Positions 28,520-37,701 are shown, numbered from the stretch's first letter. The stretch: 64,000 bases of DNA from Candidatus Woesearchaeota archaeon (GCA_003599055.1 QZIM01000018.1:1178-65177), one strand, 5' to 3'. Program-made: numbers and translations. Notes: generated by a model not told the origin, from the sequence alone.

Positions 28520-28996
28520 TCACTGCCCGGCGATACCTCCAACCATCGGCTCGTTCGGATACACACAAACGCCTGCCTTTTGGTCTCCGGTGTCAACAAC
28601 CGCATAGCCACGGTAGCGATAGTAGTTCGCATCAACACCGTTGTCGCTCACATACGGAACCAGGAATCCTCCTCTGCCACACTTGGAAAGTGCGCTCGGA
28701 ATGTCACTCTTCGGGTCACGCTTTGGGTCACCCTGGTAGTTCCAGTGCGTGGTCAAGTCACCACTGCTCGTCATACCCGGAGCCCACATATCACCCGGAA
28801 TTGCTCCCGGCATATTGCGGGGAACGCCGCGACCAGTCCAATAAGGATATTCAACCTGCTTAATTGCACCGCCGTACACGCCAAGCGCGGTCGACTGCCT
28901 GTCCTGCACATACATCAAGACGAGACCGACAACTGCGATCACGGCGACGATGCCAAGAAGCACCAATGCAATTCCTTTGTGTTGCTCTTCTTCCAT
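28520..28996 (-). CDS. Pilin-like surface protein, paralog of 27818-28423
   Basis: GAGGTGA RBS; KG|IALVLLGIVAVIAVVGLVLMY; YGGAI..V..PY. Confidence 0.65.
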   Translation of the reverse strand: MEEEQHKGIALVLLGIVAVIAVVGLVLMYVQDRQSTALGVYGGAIKQVEYPYWTGRGVPRNMPGAIPGDMWAPGMTSSGDLTTHWNYQGDPKRDPKSDIPSALSKCGRGGFLVPYVSDNGVDANYYRYRGYAVVDTGDQKAGVCVYPNEPMVGGIAGQ

Positions 28997-29006
28997 AGGG
29001 TTCACC

Positions 29007-29447
29007 TCAAACAAATATTCTGCCAATGTATGAACATCTCGTATACGCCTGCCTTCGACAGTCCGAACGCGTCCCGCGCAACACGCATTGCCGGTCACAC
29101 GCCTTCACTGCATCACGCAAGCACGCGCTTCGCTCGGTGAACTCGAACTCCCAGCCTGCCGGAAGCTCGCACGTCGCCCTGCGCACAGAATCAATGCACT
29201 CACTGTGCACTGCCCTTGCGCAATCCGCGAAACACTTGCCTGAGTTCAATGTGCGGCACAACTGAATCCCGTCACGATAGCACGCAGGCGAAGTCACTTC
29301 AACTTCAACTGCAGCGCACGCAGTTGTGGGATAGTACCGCACGGGCTGATGATACACAAAGCGCGTTGCACGCGTGAACTCCGCCGCTGCGCCAACTGAG
29401 AGCACAGCAAGGAGCAACACCACACATAACACCCTTGCGTATTTCAT
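29007..29447 (-). CDS. Secreted Cys-rich protein
   Basis: Signal peptide ending AAA; two repeats of C..D....C....C...C...A...C. Confidence 0.6.
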   Translation of the reverse strand: MKYARVLCVVLLLAVLSVGAAAEFTRATRFVYHQPVRYYPTTACAAVEVEVTSPACYRDGIQLCRTLNSGKCFADCARAVHSECIDSVRRATCELPAGWEFEFTERSACLRDAVKACDRQCVLRGTRSDCRRQAYTRCSYIGRIFV

Positions 29448-29494
29448 CAACCGCCTCTTTTCACTGTATACTCTTTTGTATACTGCCCCAGTAT

Positions 29495-29938
29495 TTAAAG
29501 CTTGCGTTCAAATTTTTGACGCAGTGCGTCGATTAGAAGCAAAACTATCGCAATCGTTATTGCCGCGTCCGCCACATTAAACACCGGCCAGACTCTGACA
29601 TCAACAAAATCAATCACCGAACCATACCAAATACGGTCAATCAAATTACCAGCAGCGCCCGCAAAGACCAAGCCCGCTATTGCCTGTTCCTTGCGAACGA
29701 ACCGCGAGTAGTTGCATATAATATAGGCACAAACAACAAGAGCAAACAGGCCAAGAATAACCCCTGCCCCCTTTGCAAGACCAAAAACAGTCCCGGTATT
29801 CCGCACGTGCGTTAACGCGAACAGCCCAACATCACGGGAAACGCCGAGCGGAAGAAACGCAAGAACAGCCAGTTTCGTGATACGGTCAAGCAAAAGAACA
29901 CCCAACGCGACCGACCAGAACACTATATGTTTCGCCAT
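29495..29938 (-). CDS. lspA: Lipoprotein signal peptidase (signal peptidase II)
   Basis: DRITK, RNTG.VFG, GAAGNLIDR...G.VIDF, PVFNVAD (both catalytic Asp present). Confidence 0.93.
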   Translation of the reverse strand: MAKHIVFWSVALGVLLLDRITKLAVLAFLPLGVSRDVGLFALTHVRNTGTVFGLAKGAGVILGLFALVVCAYIICNYSRFVRKEQAIAGLVFAGAAGNLIDRIWYGSVIDFVDVRVWPVFNVADAAITIAIVLLLIDALRQKFERKL

Positions 29939-30333
29939 CGCTGCTGATACGGCCTCTCTTCAGGCACTGAATTTTTTCTTTCCATCGCGTCAAGACGGTT
30001 CAGCACCGTTTCCAATTGCGCCTTAATCGTGTCCAGTTTTGCCGCAATCAACTGTAATTGCTGGTCCTGCCCCGGCGGAGAAAAAGACTGCTGCGCGAAT
30101 GACTGCTGCTGCGCCTGACCAAATGCAGACGGCTGCGGCTGGCCAAAAGACTGCCGCTCATCAAACGGCTGGCCGGGCGCGGGACCCGGACCAATTGCAG
30201 GAGCATTAAAGTCAGGCTCGCCCCCCAGCGGCGGCGCAGACAACCCTTGCGGCGGATTAAACGCCGGCGGCTCACTCGGAAGTTCAAGAGAGTCATCCTT
30301 TTTCCAAAACCTGAGCTTATCCATCACACTCAT
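29923..30333 (-). CDS. Hypothetical protein: amphipathic N-terminus, Pro/Gln-rich linker, C-terminal coiled coil
   Basis: MDKLRFWKK; P/Q/F low-complexity region; LQLIAAKLDTIKAQLETVLNRL. Confidence 0.7.
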   Translation of the reverse strand: MSVMDKLRFWKKDDSLELPSEPPAFNPPQGLSAPPLGGEPDFNAPAIGPGPAPGQPFDERQSFGQPQPSAFGQAQQQSFAQQSFSPPGQDQQLQLIAAKLDTIKAQLETVLNRLDAMERKNSVPEERPYQQRWRNI

Positions 30334-30373
30334 ACTCCAAAAAACTGATTCGGACGGTTATAAAGGTTATGTA

Positions 30374-30432
30374 CGGTGGTTGGTGGTTGGTCGTCGGTTG
30401 TCAGTTATCCGTGTTCGGTATCGGATATCGGC
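30374..30432. repeat. Degenerate heptamer tandem repeat
   Basis: cggtggt-tggtggt-tggtcgt-cggttgt-cagttat-ccgtgtt-cggtat-cggatat-cggc. Confidence 0.6.
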
Positions 30433-31082
30433 TTTTTTTTGAGACCCTGCAATTTTCCCTCTGCGACGAGCAGCGCGTGAAACTCATTGAAAAGCAGAAC
30501 ATCAGCAGGAAGTTCCTTGTGGAAAAAAGACTGCAACGTATGATAGTCAATGTCCGGCGCGCACAACCCCCGTGCCGCACACACACGTTTGGTGTACGCA
30601 TCAATGACAAAAGAAGGGCGGCGCGCCGCATACACGAGAATACTGTCCGCAGTCTCAGGACCAACACCCCAAAGCGAAAGCAATTCCTCACGCAACTCAT
30701 CAGTTGAACGCATTGGCGCAAACATTTCCTTCAAAGAACCGTGCCGCACCAAAACGTGCCCTGCAAAAATCCTGAGCTTTCTTGCCTTCTGGCGAAAATA
30801 CCCGCTGCTCCTTATGAGCTGCGCAAGAGCAAGTTCGTCCATCTGAGAGAGCGCAGCCACACTCATCACGCCCGCCTCAAAGAGCGACGCTAACGCCTTC
30901 TCCACATTTGACCAATTCGTGTTCTGCGTCAGAATCGCGCCGATGCAAATTTCAAGAAGCTCTGAATCTGAAAAAAACCGAGTTGCATTCGATTCGTGAT
31001 ACCCTTTTGATTTCGTCGGCCACCAGCCCTGCGGGCCGTGCCTTTGATACAATTCCCGATACAACTGAAGAACACCAGTCAT
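30405..31082 (-). CDS. HhH-GPD endonuclease III-related DNA glycosylase
   Basis: GPQGWWP, GAILTQNTNW.NVEKAL, SGYFRQKA, GVGPETADSIL.YA, VIDAYT.R, EFHALLV. Confidence 0.9.
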   Translation of the reverse strand: MTGVLQLYRELYQRHGPQGWWPTKSKGYHESNATRFFSDSELLEICIGAILTQNTNWSNVEKALASLFEAGVMSVAALSQMDELALAQLIRSSGYFRQKARKLRIFAGHVLVRHGSLKEMFAPMRSTDELREELLSLWGVGPETADSILVYAARRPSFVIDAYTKRVCAARGLCAPDIDYHTLQSFFHKELPADVLLFNEFHALLVAEGKLQGLKKKPISDTEHG

Positions 31083-32167
31083 TTCATATCATTGAGCACA
31101 CGCTCAAGCTTTTGCACGGTCGCATCCCAATCAAATTCAGCGCGAACTTTTGCCTGTAGCGACTGCGCGAGCGCCTGCGCGTGATTTGGGCCCGCAAGAA
31201 GCGCTTCTATTGCCTTTCGCAGGCCAGCCACATCACGCGGCTTCACCAGCACGCCGGTTTGCCCATCCCTGATAATTTCGCGCGTGCCACCCACATCCGT
31301 TGCAATCACCGGAACCCCGACTGAACCCGCCTCAAGAACCGATGTCGGGAGCCCCTCTGCATACGACGGATTGACAAACACGTCCGCAAAGGAAAGCGCC
31401 TCGCGAATACCTCCTGCGTCTTTCTCTCCAAGAAACAGGACGTTCTTGTGCGCGCGCTTCCTTAACTCCCCCGCATAATTCCCCGCGCCAACGATAACCG
31501 CCTTCACTCCCGTCATATTACTTGTTGCCGCAATCAAGTCCTGAACACCCTTTGCCTCAATCAAACGGCCGACAAATACAATTGCTTTCTCCCTGAACGG
31601 CTTCTTTGATGGAACCCTCACAAAAAATTCACTGTTGATTGCGTTCGGAAGAAGCACCGTCCGCTTCTTGCACAAATGCGCTGCGAATAACTCCGACGCC
31701 CTTGAAATTCCCGCAACCTTGGACGCAAGACGAAGAACAAGCCAGCCAAGCGCGTGGTCGTAGAGCCAGTTGATTGCGTAGACAAACGGCTTTGCGCCCG
31801 TATGCGCAGTACCGTGCTCAATGTGCAAATGAGGAATTTTTCTTTTGCGCGCAAACCACGCGCCAAGCAAAGAGAGCGGATAAAACCGCGTGTGCGTGAT
31901 AACCGCATCATACGTTCCAAGACCGCTTAAAACACGACGCGAACGAGGAAGCGGCAAAGACCAGCGGTCCTTGAGCACTTCCCACGAATGCAGCCGAAAA
32001 ACCTGAATACCCTTGTATGATTCAACTTTTCGAGTGCCCTGCAAGAGCGACGTTACGATAGCAACCTTGTGCCCCTTTGCAATCAGGCGAACTGCAGTCT
32101 CCTCAACATACTTTTCCACGCCGCCCTTATGCGGCCAAAAATACGCCGAAAAAACAAGAACCCTCAT
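31079..32167 (-). CDS. Glycosyltransferase family 4
   Basis: P.KGGVE, FVGRL..KG, PSYAEGLPTSVLEA, TDVGG. Confidence 0.93.
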   Translation of the reverse strand: MRVLVFSAYFWPHKGGVEKYVEETAVRLIAKGHKVAIVTSLLQGTRKVESYKGIQVFRLHSWEVLKDRWSLPLPRSRRVLSGLGTYDAVITHTRFYPLSLLGAWFARKRKIPHLHIEHGTAHTGAKPFVYAINWLYDHALGWLVLRLASKVAGISRASELFAAHLCKKRTVLLPNAINSEFFVRVPSKKPFREKAIVFVGRLIEAKGVQDLIAATSNMTGVKAVIVGAGNYAGELRKRAHKNVLFLGEKDAGGIREALSFADVFVNPSYAEGLPTSVLEAGSVGVPVIATDVGGTREIIRDGQTGVLVKPRDVAGLRKAIEALLAGPNHAQALAQSLQAKVRAEFDWDATVQKLERVLNDMK

Positions 32168-32487
32168 TTTCTGCGAATCGCAATCTCGCGAACCAGCTTC
32201 GTCACATTATGCTCAAGAGATTCCAGACGGAGATATATGCGGAAGATGAGATAGAACAGGAGCAAAATCGAGGCATACACCACCAAGTCAATTGCACGGC
32301 CGATACCGAGCGGCTCAGAAACCATCGCCGCAAGACCCGGCAAAAAGGCAACAACACCAACACCGCCCCAAATCAGCAGCCAAAACACCAGCCACTGCGC
32401 AGAAATACGCCGCTCGCGATAGCTCATCAGCGTGCGCAGTACCCCAAATACCATAATCACCAGTGCAATAATTTGTATCGGCTGCAT
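32164..32487 (-). CDS. DUF2304-family membrane protein
   Basis: W...W, LGIGRAIDL, ITKL-type end (VTKLVREIAI); follows a GT2 gene as is typical. Confidence 0.85.
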   Translation of the reverse strand: MQPIQIIALVIMVFGVLRTLMSYRERRISAQWLVFWLLIWGGVGVVAFLPGLAAMVSEPLGIGRAIDLVVYASILLLFYLIFRIYLRLESLEHNVTKLVREIAIRRK

Positions 32488-32489
32488 TG

Positions 32490-33173
32490 TTACCTCAAAA
32501 ACTTGTGCAAAATCATCTTGTACAAAATACGCAATGCGTTCCACGAGCTCTGGCCGCGCGCCTTGCTATAGTCCGTATATTTTATGATAACCGGAACTTC
32601 CCGATACCGCAAGCGCCTCCTGCGAATCTCATCAATAAACTCGGATGCGTGCTCCATCCTATCCGCGCGCAAGTCCATCTTCCTTGCCGCCTCCGCCGTG
32701 AACGCCCGAAAGCCATTATGCGCATCAGTCATCTTCACGCCGTAAAAGAGCCAAATGACAAACACACTGCCCTTCAGGAGAACTTTTCTTGCAAACGGAA
32801 CATCACTCTTCTTATCAAGGAAACGCGAACCAATCGTGATGTCTGCATCCCCTTCGACTACCGGTTTGAGCATTGCCGGCAAATCCTCAACACGGTGCTG
32901 GCCATCCGCGTCAAACGTGACAATATATTTTGCGCCCTGCAAAAGCGCATAATCAATCCCTGTTTTCAGCGCCGCTCCCTGGCCGCGGTTAATGACGTGC
33001 CGCAGCGCGTGCGCGCCGTGCTTTTGCGCAACCTCCCGAGTCTTATCCCGCGAGCCGTCATCAGTTACCACAATATTCTGATAACCCGCATCCTTAAGAC
33101 CGTCAATCACGTGCCCTATCTGCTTTTCCTCATTATAACCCGCAATCACCATCCAGACATCAGACTTGTTCAT
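32490..33173 (-). CDS. Glycosyltransferase family 2 (dolichol-phosphate-sugar synthase-like)
   Basis: YNEE, DDGSRD, NRGQGAALKTG, TFDADGQH, GSRF, TDAHNGFRA. Confidence 0.93.
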   Translation of the reverse strand: MNKSDVWMVIAGYNEEKQIGHVIDGLKDAGYQNIVVTDDGSRDKTREVAQKHGAHALRHVINRGQGAALKTGIDYALLQGAKYIVTFDADGQHRVEDLPAMLKPVVEGDADITIGSRFLDKKSDVPFARKVLLKGSVFVIWLFYGVKMTDAHNGFRAFTAEAARKMDLRADRMEHASEFIDEIRRRRLRYREVPVIIKYTDYSKARGQSSWNALRILYKMILHKFLR

Positions 33174-33266
33174 CACCGACGACAGCTTGAATCGGGTTTT
33201 AAAAGGTTTGTGAATCCCATATTCGGGACAACACGCATAAATAGTCCCCTGAAAAAGGATGCACCC

Positions 33267-34061
33267 ATGCGCATTACCGTGCCGAACTTCAGCCTCAAAC
33301 ACACCCTTGATTCAGGGCAGTTCTTCCGCTATCGGCCCAAAGGGGACGGGTACGAATGCCGCGAGCGGGACTTGGCGTTCACGGTGCGACAAAAAGGCGA
33401 TTACCTTGCGTTTTCCGGAACAAGCGAGGAACACGCCAGACAACTCTTTGGCCTTAATCAAGACTATGAAAAAATCATCGCAGACCTCAAAAAAGACAAA
33501 ACACTCCTTCCCGCAATCAACAAATACCACGGCCTTCGCATTATGCAGCGCGACCTTTGGGAAACCATCATCTCTTTTCAGTGCAGCATTATGAGCAACG
33601 TCAAAAAAATACGGCTCAATATGAACTGCCTTGCAACTGAATTTGGAAAAAACAATGCGTTTCCGGCACCCGGCCAAATGAACGACCTTGAGCGCATCAA
33701 AAAATGCGCAACGGGCTTTCGGGCAAAGTATATTTTGGCGGCAAATGAGCTTGTTGATGAAAAATGGCTTTTGCGCCTGCAAAAAATGAATTATGAACAC
33801 GCACGCGAGAAGCTTATGGAAATTCCCGGCATCGCGGAAAAAGTCGCCGACTGCATTTGTTTATTCTCACTCGGGCACTTTGCGGCATTTCCCGTGGACG
33901 TCTGGATAGAACGCATCATGGAAAAGACCTATTTTGACAGCAAAAAGACAAAACATAACGACCTCCGCGCATTTGCGCAAGAACGGTGGGGAGAACTTGC
34001 CGGCTACGCCCAACAATTTCTATACCACCACGCAAGGCACAATGAAAGCACTCAGCCTTAA
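33267..34061 (+). CDS. 8-oxoguanine DNA glycosylase (Ogg1 type)
   Basis: L..TLDSGQFFR, GLRI.QRD.WE..ISF, GFRAKY, PGIAEKVADCI.LF, AFPVDVWI.R, AGYAQQFL. Start trimmed to ATG 33267. Confidence 0.9.
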   Translation: MRITVPNFSLKHTLDSGQFFRYRPKGDGYECRERDLAFTVRQKGDYLAFSGTSEEHARQLFGLNQDYEKIIADLKKDKTLLPAINKYHGLRIMQRDLWETIISFQCSIMSNVKKIRLNMNCLATEFGKNNAFPAPGQMNDLERIKKCATGFRAKYILAANELVDEKWLLRLQKMNYEHAREKLMEIPGIAEKVADCICLFSLGHFAAFPVDVWIERIMEKTYFDSKKTKHNDLRAFAQERWGELAGYAQQFLYHHARHNESTQP

Positions 34062-34419
34062 GCAACCCTGGGCAGAACTCGTCGTCTCGGGAAAAAAGAC
34101 CATTGAGCTGCGCAACTGGAACACCTCCTTTCGCGGCGAATTTCTCGTACACGCATCACTCAACCCGAACAAACAGGCAATGAACCGTTTGGGCTTTGCG
34201 GAACTGCCCCTTGGGTGCATCGTCGGCAAGGCGACGCTTGTCAGCGTGAAAACATATCAGAATAAACAAGAATTTGATGCGGATGCAAACAAGCACTTTG
34301 CGACACCCGGCTGGTATGACGAACACGCAAAAGGTTTCATTTTACGCGATGCAACAAGACTTGAACCGAAACCGCTAAAAGGCAAGCTCAACTTCTTCGA
34401 GGTTATATGGGACAAGTAA
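34042..34419 (+). CDS. ASCH domain protein
   Basis: MKALSLKQPWAELVVSGKKTIELRNW...RG..LVHA. Confidence 0.92.
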   Translation: MKALSLKQPWAELVVSGKKTIELRNWNTSFRGEFLVHASLNPNKQAMNRLGFAELPLGCIVGKATLVSVKTYQNKQEFDADANKHFATPGWYDEHAKGFILRDATRLEPKPLKGKLNFFEVIWDK

Positions 34420-35063
34420 CACACGCAGACATTGACCACGTGTTGGCAATTCTCGTCAAGAAGGAAGGGTCCCTCACTATGCTTGGGCGCATGGGAGAGA
34501 AGTATGACCCGTTCAAAGTGCTGATATCCACCATACTCTCCGCACGGGCAAAAGATGAAGTTACCGAAATTCTTGCAGAGAAACTTTTTGAGAAATATGA
34601 TACTGCGGAAAAACTTGCGCGCGCAAAACAAAAAGACGTGATTCCCATCATCAAAAAAATCGGGTTCTACAACGCCAAAAGCAAAAACATCATTGAAACT
34701 GCAAAAATACTGGTTGAGAAGTACGGCGGACGCGTGCCTGATACGCTTGAACAGCTGACTGAACTGCCCGGAGTTGGCCGCAAAGTTGCAAATTGCGTCC
34801 TTGTGTACGCGTACAAAAAAGACGCAATACCCGTTGATATCCACGTACACAGAATCTCGAACCGGCTCGGATGGGTAAAGACAAAGACACCGGAAGAAAC
34901 AGAAAAAACACTTGAAAAAATACTGCCAAAAAAACACTGGCAAGCAATTAACGATGCGCTTGTGACACACGGCAAAACTATTTGCGCACCCGTATCTCCT
35001 TGGTGCAGCAAGTGCCCAATTGCGAAACATTGTAAAAGAACAGGAGTAGTAAGGTCACGATAA
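34407..35063 (+). CDS. nth: Endonuclease III
   Basis: PFKVLISTILSA, LPGVGRKVAN, PVDIHVHRISNRLG, C-x6-C-x2-C-x5-C 4Fe-4S motif. Confidence 0.95.
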   Translation: MGQVTHADIDHVLAILVKKEGSLTMLGRMGEKYDPFKVLISTILSARAKDEVTEILAEKLFEKYDTAEKLARAKQKDVIPIIKKIGFYNAKSKNIIETAKILVEKYGGRVPDTLEQLTELPGVGRKVANCVLVYAYKKDAIPVDIHVHRISNRLGWVKTKTPEETEKTLEKILPKKHWQAINDALVTHGKTICAPVSPWCSKCPIAKHCKRTGVVRSR

Positions 35064-36199
35064 TGGCAATCTACAAAAAAGACGCAGTGCAGCAGCTAAA
35101 TGAACTTCTTGCCCTCCTCAAAACCATCGGTGCGCAAAGCGCCCAAGAACTCAAATTGCCCGACATTCGCGAGGCAGGAAAAATCACCCTTGAAGACATC
35201 TCAACAGAAGACATCTTCGTCTTCCAAAAAATCAAGGAACTCCACCGGACAGGAATCCTGACATCCGCATTTGCAATGGAATGCCTCAAGTCAGCACAGG
35301 CATGGCACGAGCACATCACCTACAAAATTGCAGGAAAAGGAACACCCCTTAGCCCACGCGCAGAAGCACTTGCCCACCAAGCACTGCGCCATCTTACCCA
35401 ACTCCTGGAATCAGAACGAGCCCATCAAATCGCCCAGGAAGCCGCAGGCAAATACCAATCAAAAACCGTACCTCTTCGTGACAAGCTGTGGACCTTCTTT
35501 CGCATCCGCATCAGCATCGCACAGGAAAACAACACCCCGTTCGCCCAATTCAAGGCAAACAACTATGCCGCACTCTCCATCTCTGCGAGCGACCTTTACC
35601 TTGAACTCCGCTCACAGGGAGCAACACGCATCCCCGAACATCTCAGCCAAACGATTGCCGATGCGCACGAGGGAATCAAAGCACTCAAGCCCAACGCCAT
35701 CGACCAAAAAGACAGCACCTGGTACCACTATATGTTCATGGAATACGCCTATCAACTCCTCTACAAAGCATACCTGACCGTCGATACGGAACATCTGACT
35801 GCCCCCGCACTCATCGCAATTGCAGCAGCACTCCAAAAAACAAAAGTTCCATTCGCCCTTAAATTTGCCAAACGCTCATACGACTGGCGGGACACTGACA
35901 ACATCGTCATCCACACTGACAGTAAGAACTCCGCATACCGACTCGGAACCATCGCAAAAGAAGCGCTCAACAAAAACGGCTGCAAATATGTTTGGCTCGA
36001 GACCGCACAGGATTTTCCCCTGGGAGAAAAGACCACGAGCTTCACTACACACCTCTCTGAACTTGCCCTCGCCCTGCTTCAGGAAGCACTTGAACGCACG
36101 CAACCAGACAGTTACCCTGAAGTTGAAGCCGTCATCGACTCAGTCTTTGGGCAAAACGGGACATTTGTCAAAAAAGTAGAGGAACTCACGCGTGGCTGA
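35063..36199 (+). CDS. Hypothetical protein (possible HopA1/lyase-like C-terminal motif)
   Basis: 378-aa ORF coupled to nth; KAYLTV...VPFALKF.....RDTDNIVIH...TSF. Confidence 0.6.
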   Translation: MAIYKKDAVQQLNELLALLKTIGAQSAQELKLPDIREAGKITLEDISTEDIFVFQKIKELHRTGILTSAFAMECLKSAQAWHEHITYKIAGKGTPLSPRAEALAHQALRHLTQLLESERAHQIAQEAAGKYQSKTVPLRDKLWTFFRIRISIAQENNTPFAQFKANNYAALSISASDLYLELRSQGATRIPEHLSQTIADAHEGIKALKPNAIDQKDSTWYHYMFMEYAYQLLYKAYLTVDTEHLTAPALIAIAAALQKTKVPFALKFAKRSYDWRDTDNIVIHTDSKNSAYRLGTIAKEALNKNGCKYVWLETAQDFPLGEKTTSFTTHLSELALALLQEALERTQPDSYPEVEAVIDSVFGQNGTFVKKVEELTRG

Positions 36200-36596
36200 C
36201 ATCCACAAAATCGGCGCATTTGTCATCAGGGACAAAAAAGTGCTCGTGTGCCGCAAGGCAAAGGATGACTTTTACATCAGCTTGGGCGGAAAAATTGAAG
36301 ACGGGGAAGACTATGAAACCTGCCTTTTACGTGAAGTTCAAGAAGAGACAGGATGCACTGCGACCAATATCAGATACCTCACGACCTGCCACGGAACCGT
36401 TCACGGCGCAGAAAACAAGACCATCAAAATGGACTGCTACCTGTGCGACCTTACCGCAGAGCCGAAAATCAACCCAAATGACCACATTGTCGAACACCGC
36501 TGGATTTCACGAGAGTATCAGATGCAGGGAATTAAAGTTGCTTCCCTTCTCGAAAAACACGTCATTCCCGAACTTATCAAGCGCGACCTTATCTGA
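36192..36596 (+). CDS. NUDIX hydrolase
   Basis: GGKIEDGEDYETCLLREVQEETG. Confidence 0.9.
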   Translation: MADIHKIGAFVIRDKKVLVCRKAKDDFYISLGGKIEDGEDYETCLLREVQEETGCTATNIRYLTTCHGTVHGAENKTIKMDCYLCDLTAEPKINPNDHIVEHRWISREYQMQGIKVASLLEKHVIPELIKRDLI

Positions 36597-36659
36597 TTTC
36601 TGCAAAATGATAATTGAACGATGGAAATGCAATTAAAATAAACGCGACCCCTTTCTCTT

Positions 36660-37055
36660 ATGGGAAACATCACCAAAGTGGCAGTCCTGCCGATAACCGA
36701 CAAAAAGCTCCTTATGTGCCGAAAGCGCGGCATTGAAGCGCTGATTAACCTTGGCGGGCGCGTTGAAGAAGGAGAAACCGATACCGCTTGCGCCGAGCGC
36801 GAAGTCCTTGAAGAAGCACAGTGCGGAGTGGAAAACCTGCACCATTATACCACCGTCACCGCGCCACGCATCGATGACCCTCACTCACAAATTGAACTGC
36901 GCTGCTATTTTGGCGACCTTACGGGAGAACCCACCGTGCGCGAAAGCGACAGCATTATCGGCTTTACCCACATTGACCGAACCTATGACTCAACCAAACT
37001 CCCGCCCGCAATGCAAAAAGTGTTTGCCAAACTCATCTCTGACGGATACCTTTAG
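36660..37055 (+). CDS. NUDIX hydrolase (paralog of the upstream gene)
   Basis: GGRVEEGETDTACAEREVLEEAQ; similar to 36192-36596 along its length. Confidence 0.9.
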   Translation: MGNITKVAVLPITDKKLLMCRKRGIEALINLGGRVEEGETDTACAEREVLEEAQCGVENLHHYTTVTAPRIDDPHSQIELRCYFGDLTGEPTVRESDSIIGFTHIDRTYDSTKLPPAMQKVFAKLISDGYL

Positions 37056-37094
37056 GCAGAAAACCATTTAAACAGGCGAGTGATAATCTGCCGC

Positions 37095-37664
37095 ATGGTC
37101 AATATGCTCAAAGTTCTCGTTGCCGTTGCCGTACTGCTCATCATTATCGGCCTTGGACTCCTTGGCAAAAACCTCAAACGCGCCTGGCTCTTCAGAAGCG
37201 CAAAAACAAACAGTTCCGAAAGCCTCGTTCTTGAAGCAGTCAGCGCGGGAATCGTCACCTTTTTTGCCGTGACCCATTACACCCGCAATGACCCTGCAGT
37301 AAACCCGCTTATGTGGATTGGCCTTTTCGTCTTTTTTGCCGGCGGAATCGTCCAACTCATCGCGCGCAAACACCTCTACGACGATTACAGCTTTGAAAAA
37401 CGGCTCCACAGCGGGTTTGAAGCCGCACAAACCGGCATTTATTCAAAACTCCGGCATCCGAGCCAAACAGCACTCCTCCTCTTCCTCCTCGGGCTTTGCC
37501 TTGTCACCGACTCCCTTTGGGGACTTGGCGTCTTTGTTGTCCTCTTCATCCCATCCGTCCTCTACCGCATAAGCCAAGAAGAACAAAAACTCCTCGACCA
37601 ATTCGGCGAACGGTACGAAGCATACCGCTCAGACAGCAAAAGAATCATTCCCGGAATCTATTGA
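37095..37664 (+). CDS. Isoprenylcysteine carboxyl methyltransferase (ICMT/PEMT) family membrane protein
   Basis: TGIYSKLRHP, RI..EE..L...FGE.YE.YR....RIIPGIY. Confidence 0.85.
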   Translation: MVNMLKVLVAVAVLLIIIGLGLLGKNLKRAWLFRSAKTNSSESLVLEAVSAGIVTFFAVTHYTRNDPAVNPLMWIGLFVFFAGGIVQLIARKHLYDDYSFEKRLHSGFEAAQTGIYSKLRHPSQTALLLFLLGLCLVTDSLWGLGVFVVLFIPSVLYRISQEEQKLLDQFGERYEAYRSDSKRIIPGIY

Positions 37665-37701
37665 CCGCAAGCTATATAAGCGCGGTTTTCGGAGTGAAAT
37701 T

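Noticed and set aside
32487-33266. N-terminal 260 aa of the 524-aa ORF as an Ogg1 fusion
   Set aside because: It lies antisense to the GT2 gene; Ogg1 similarity starts at ATG 33267 behind its own promoter.
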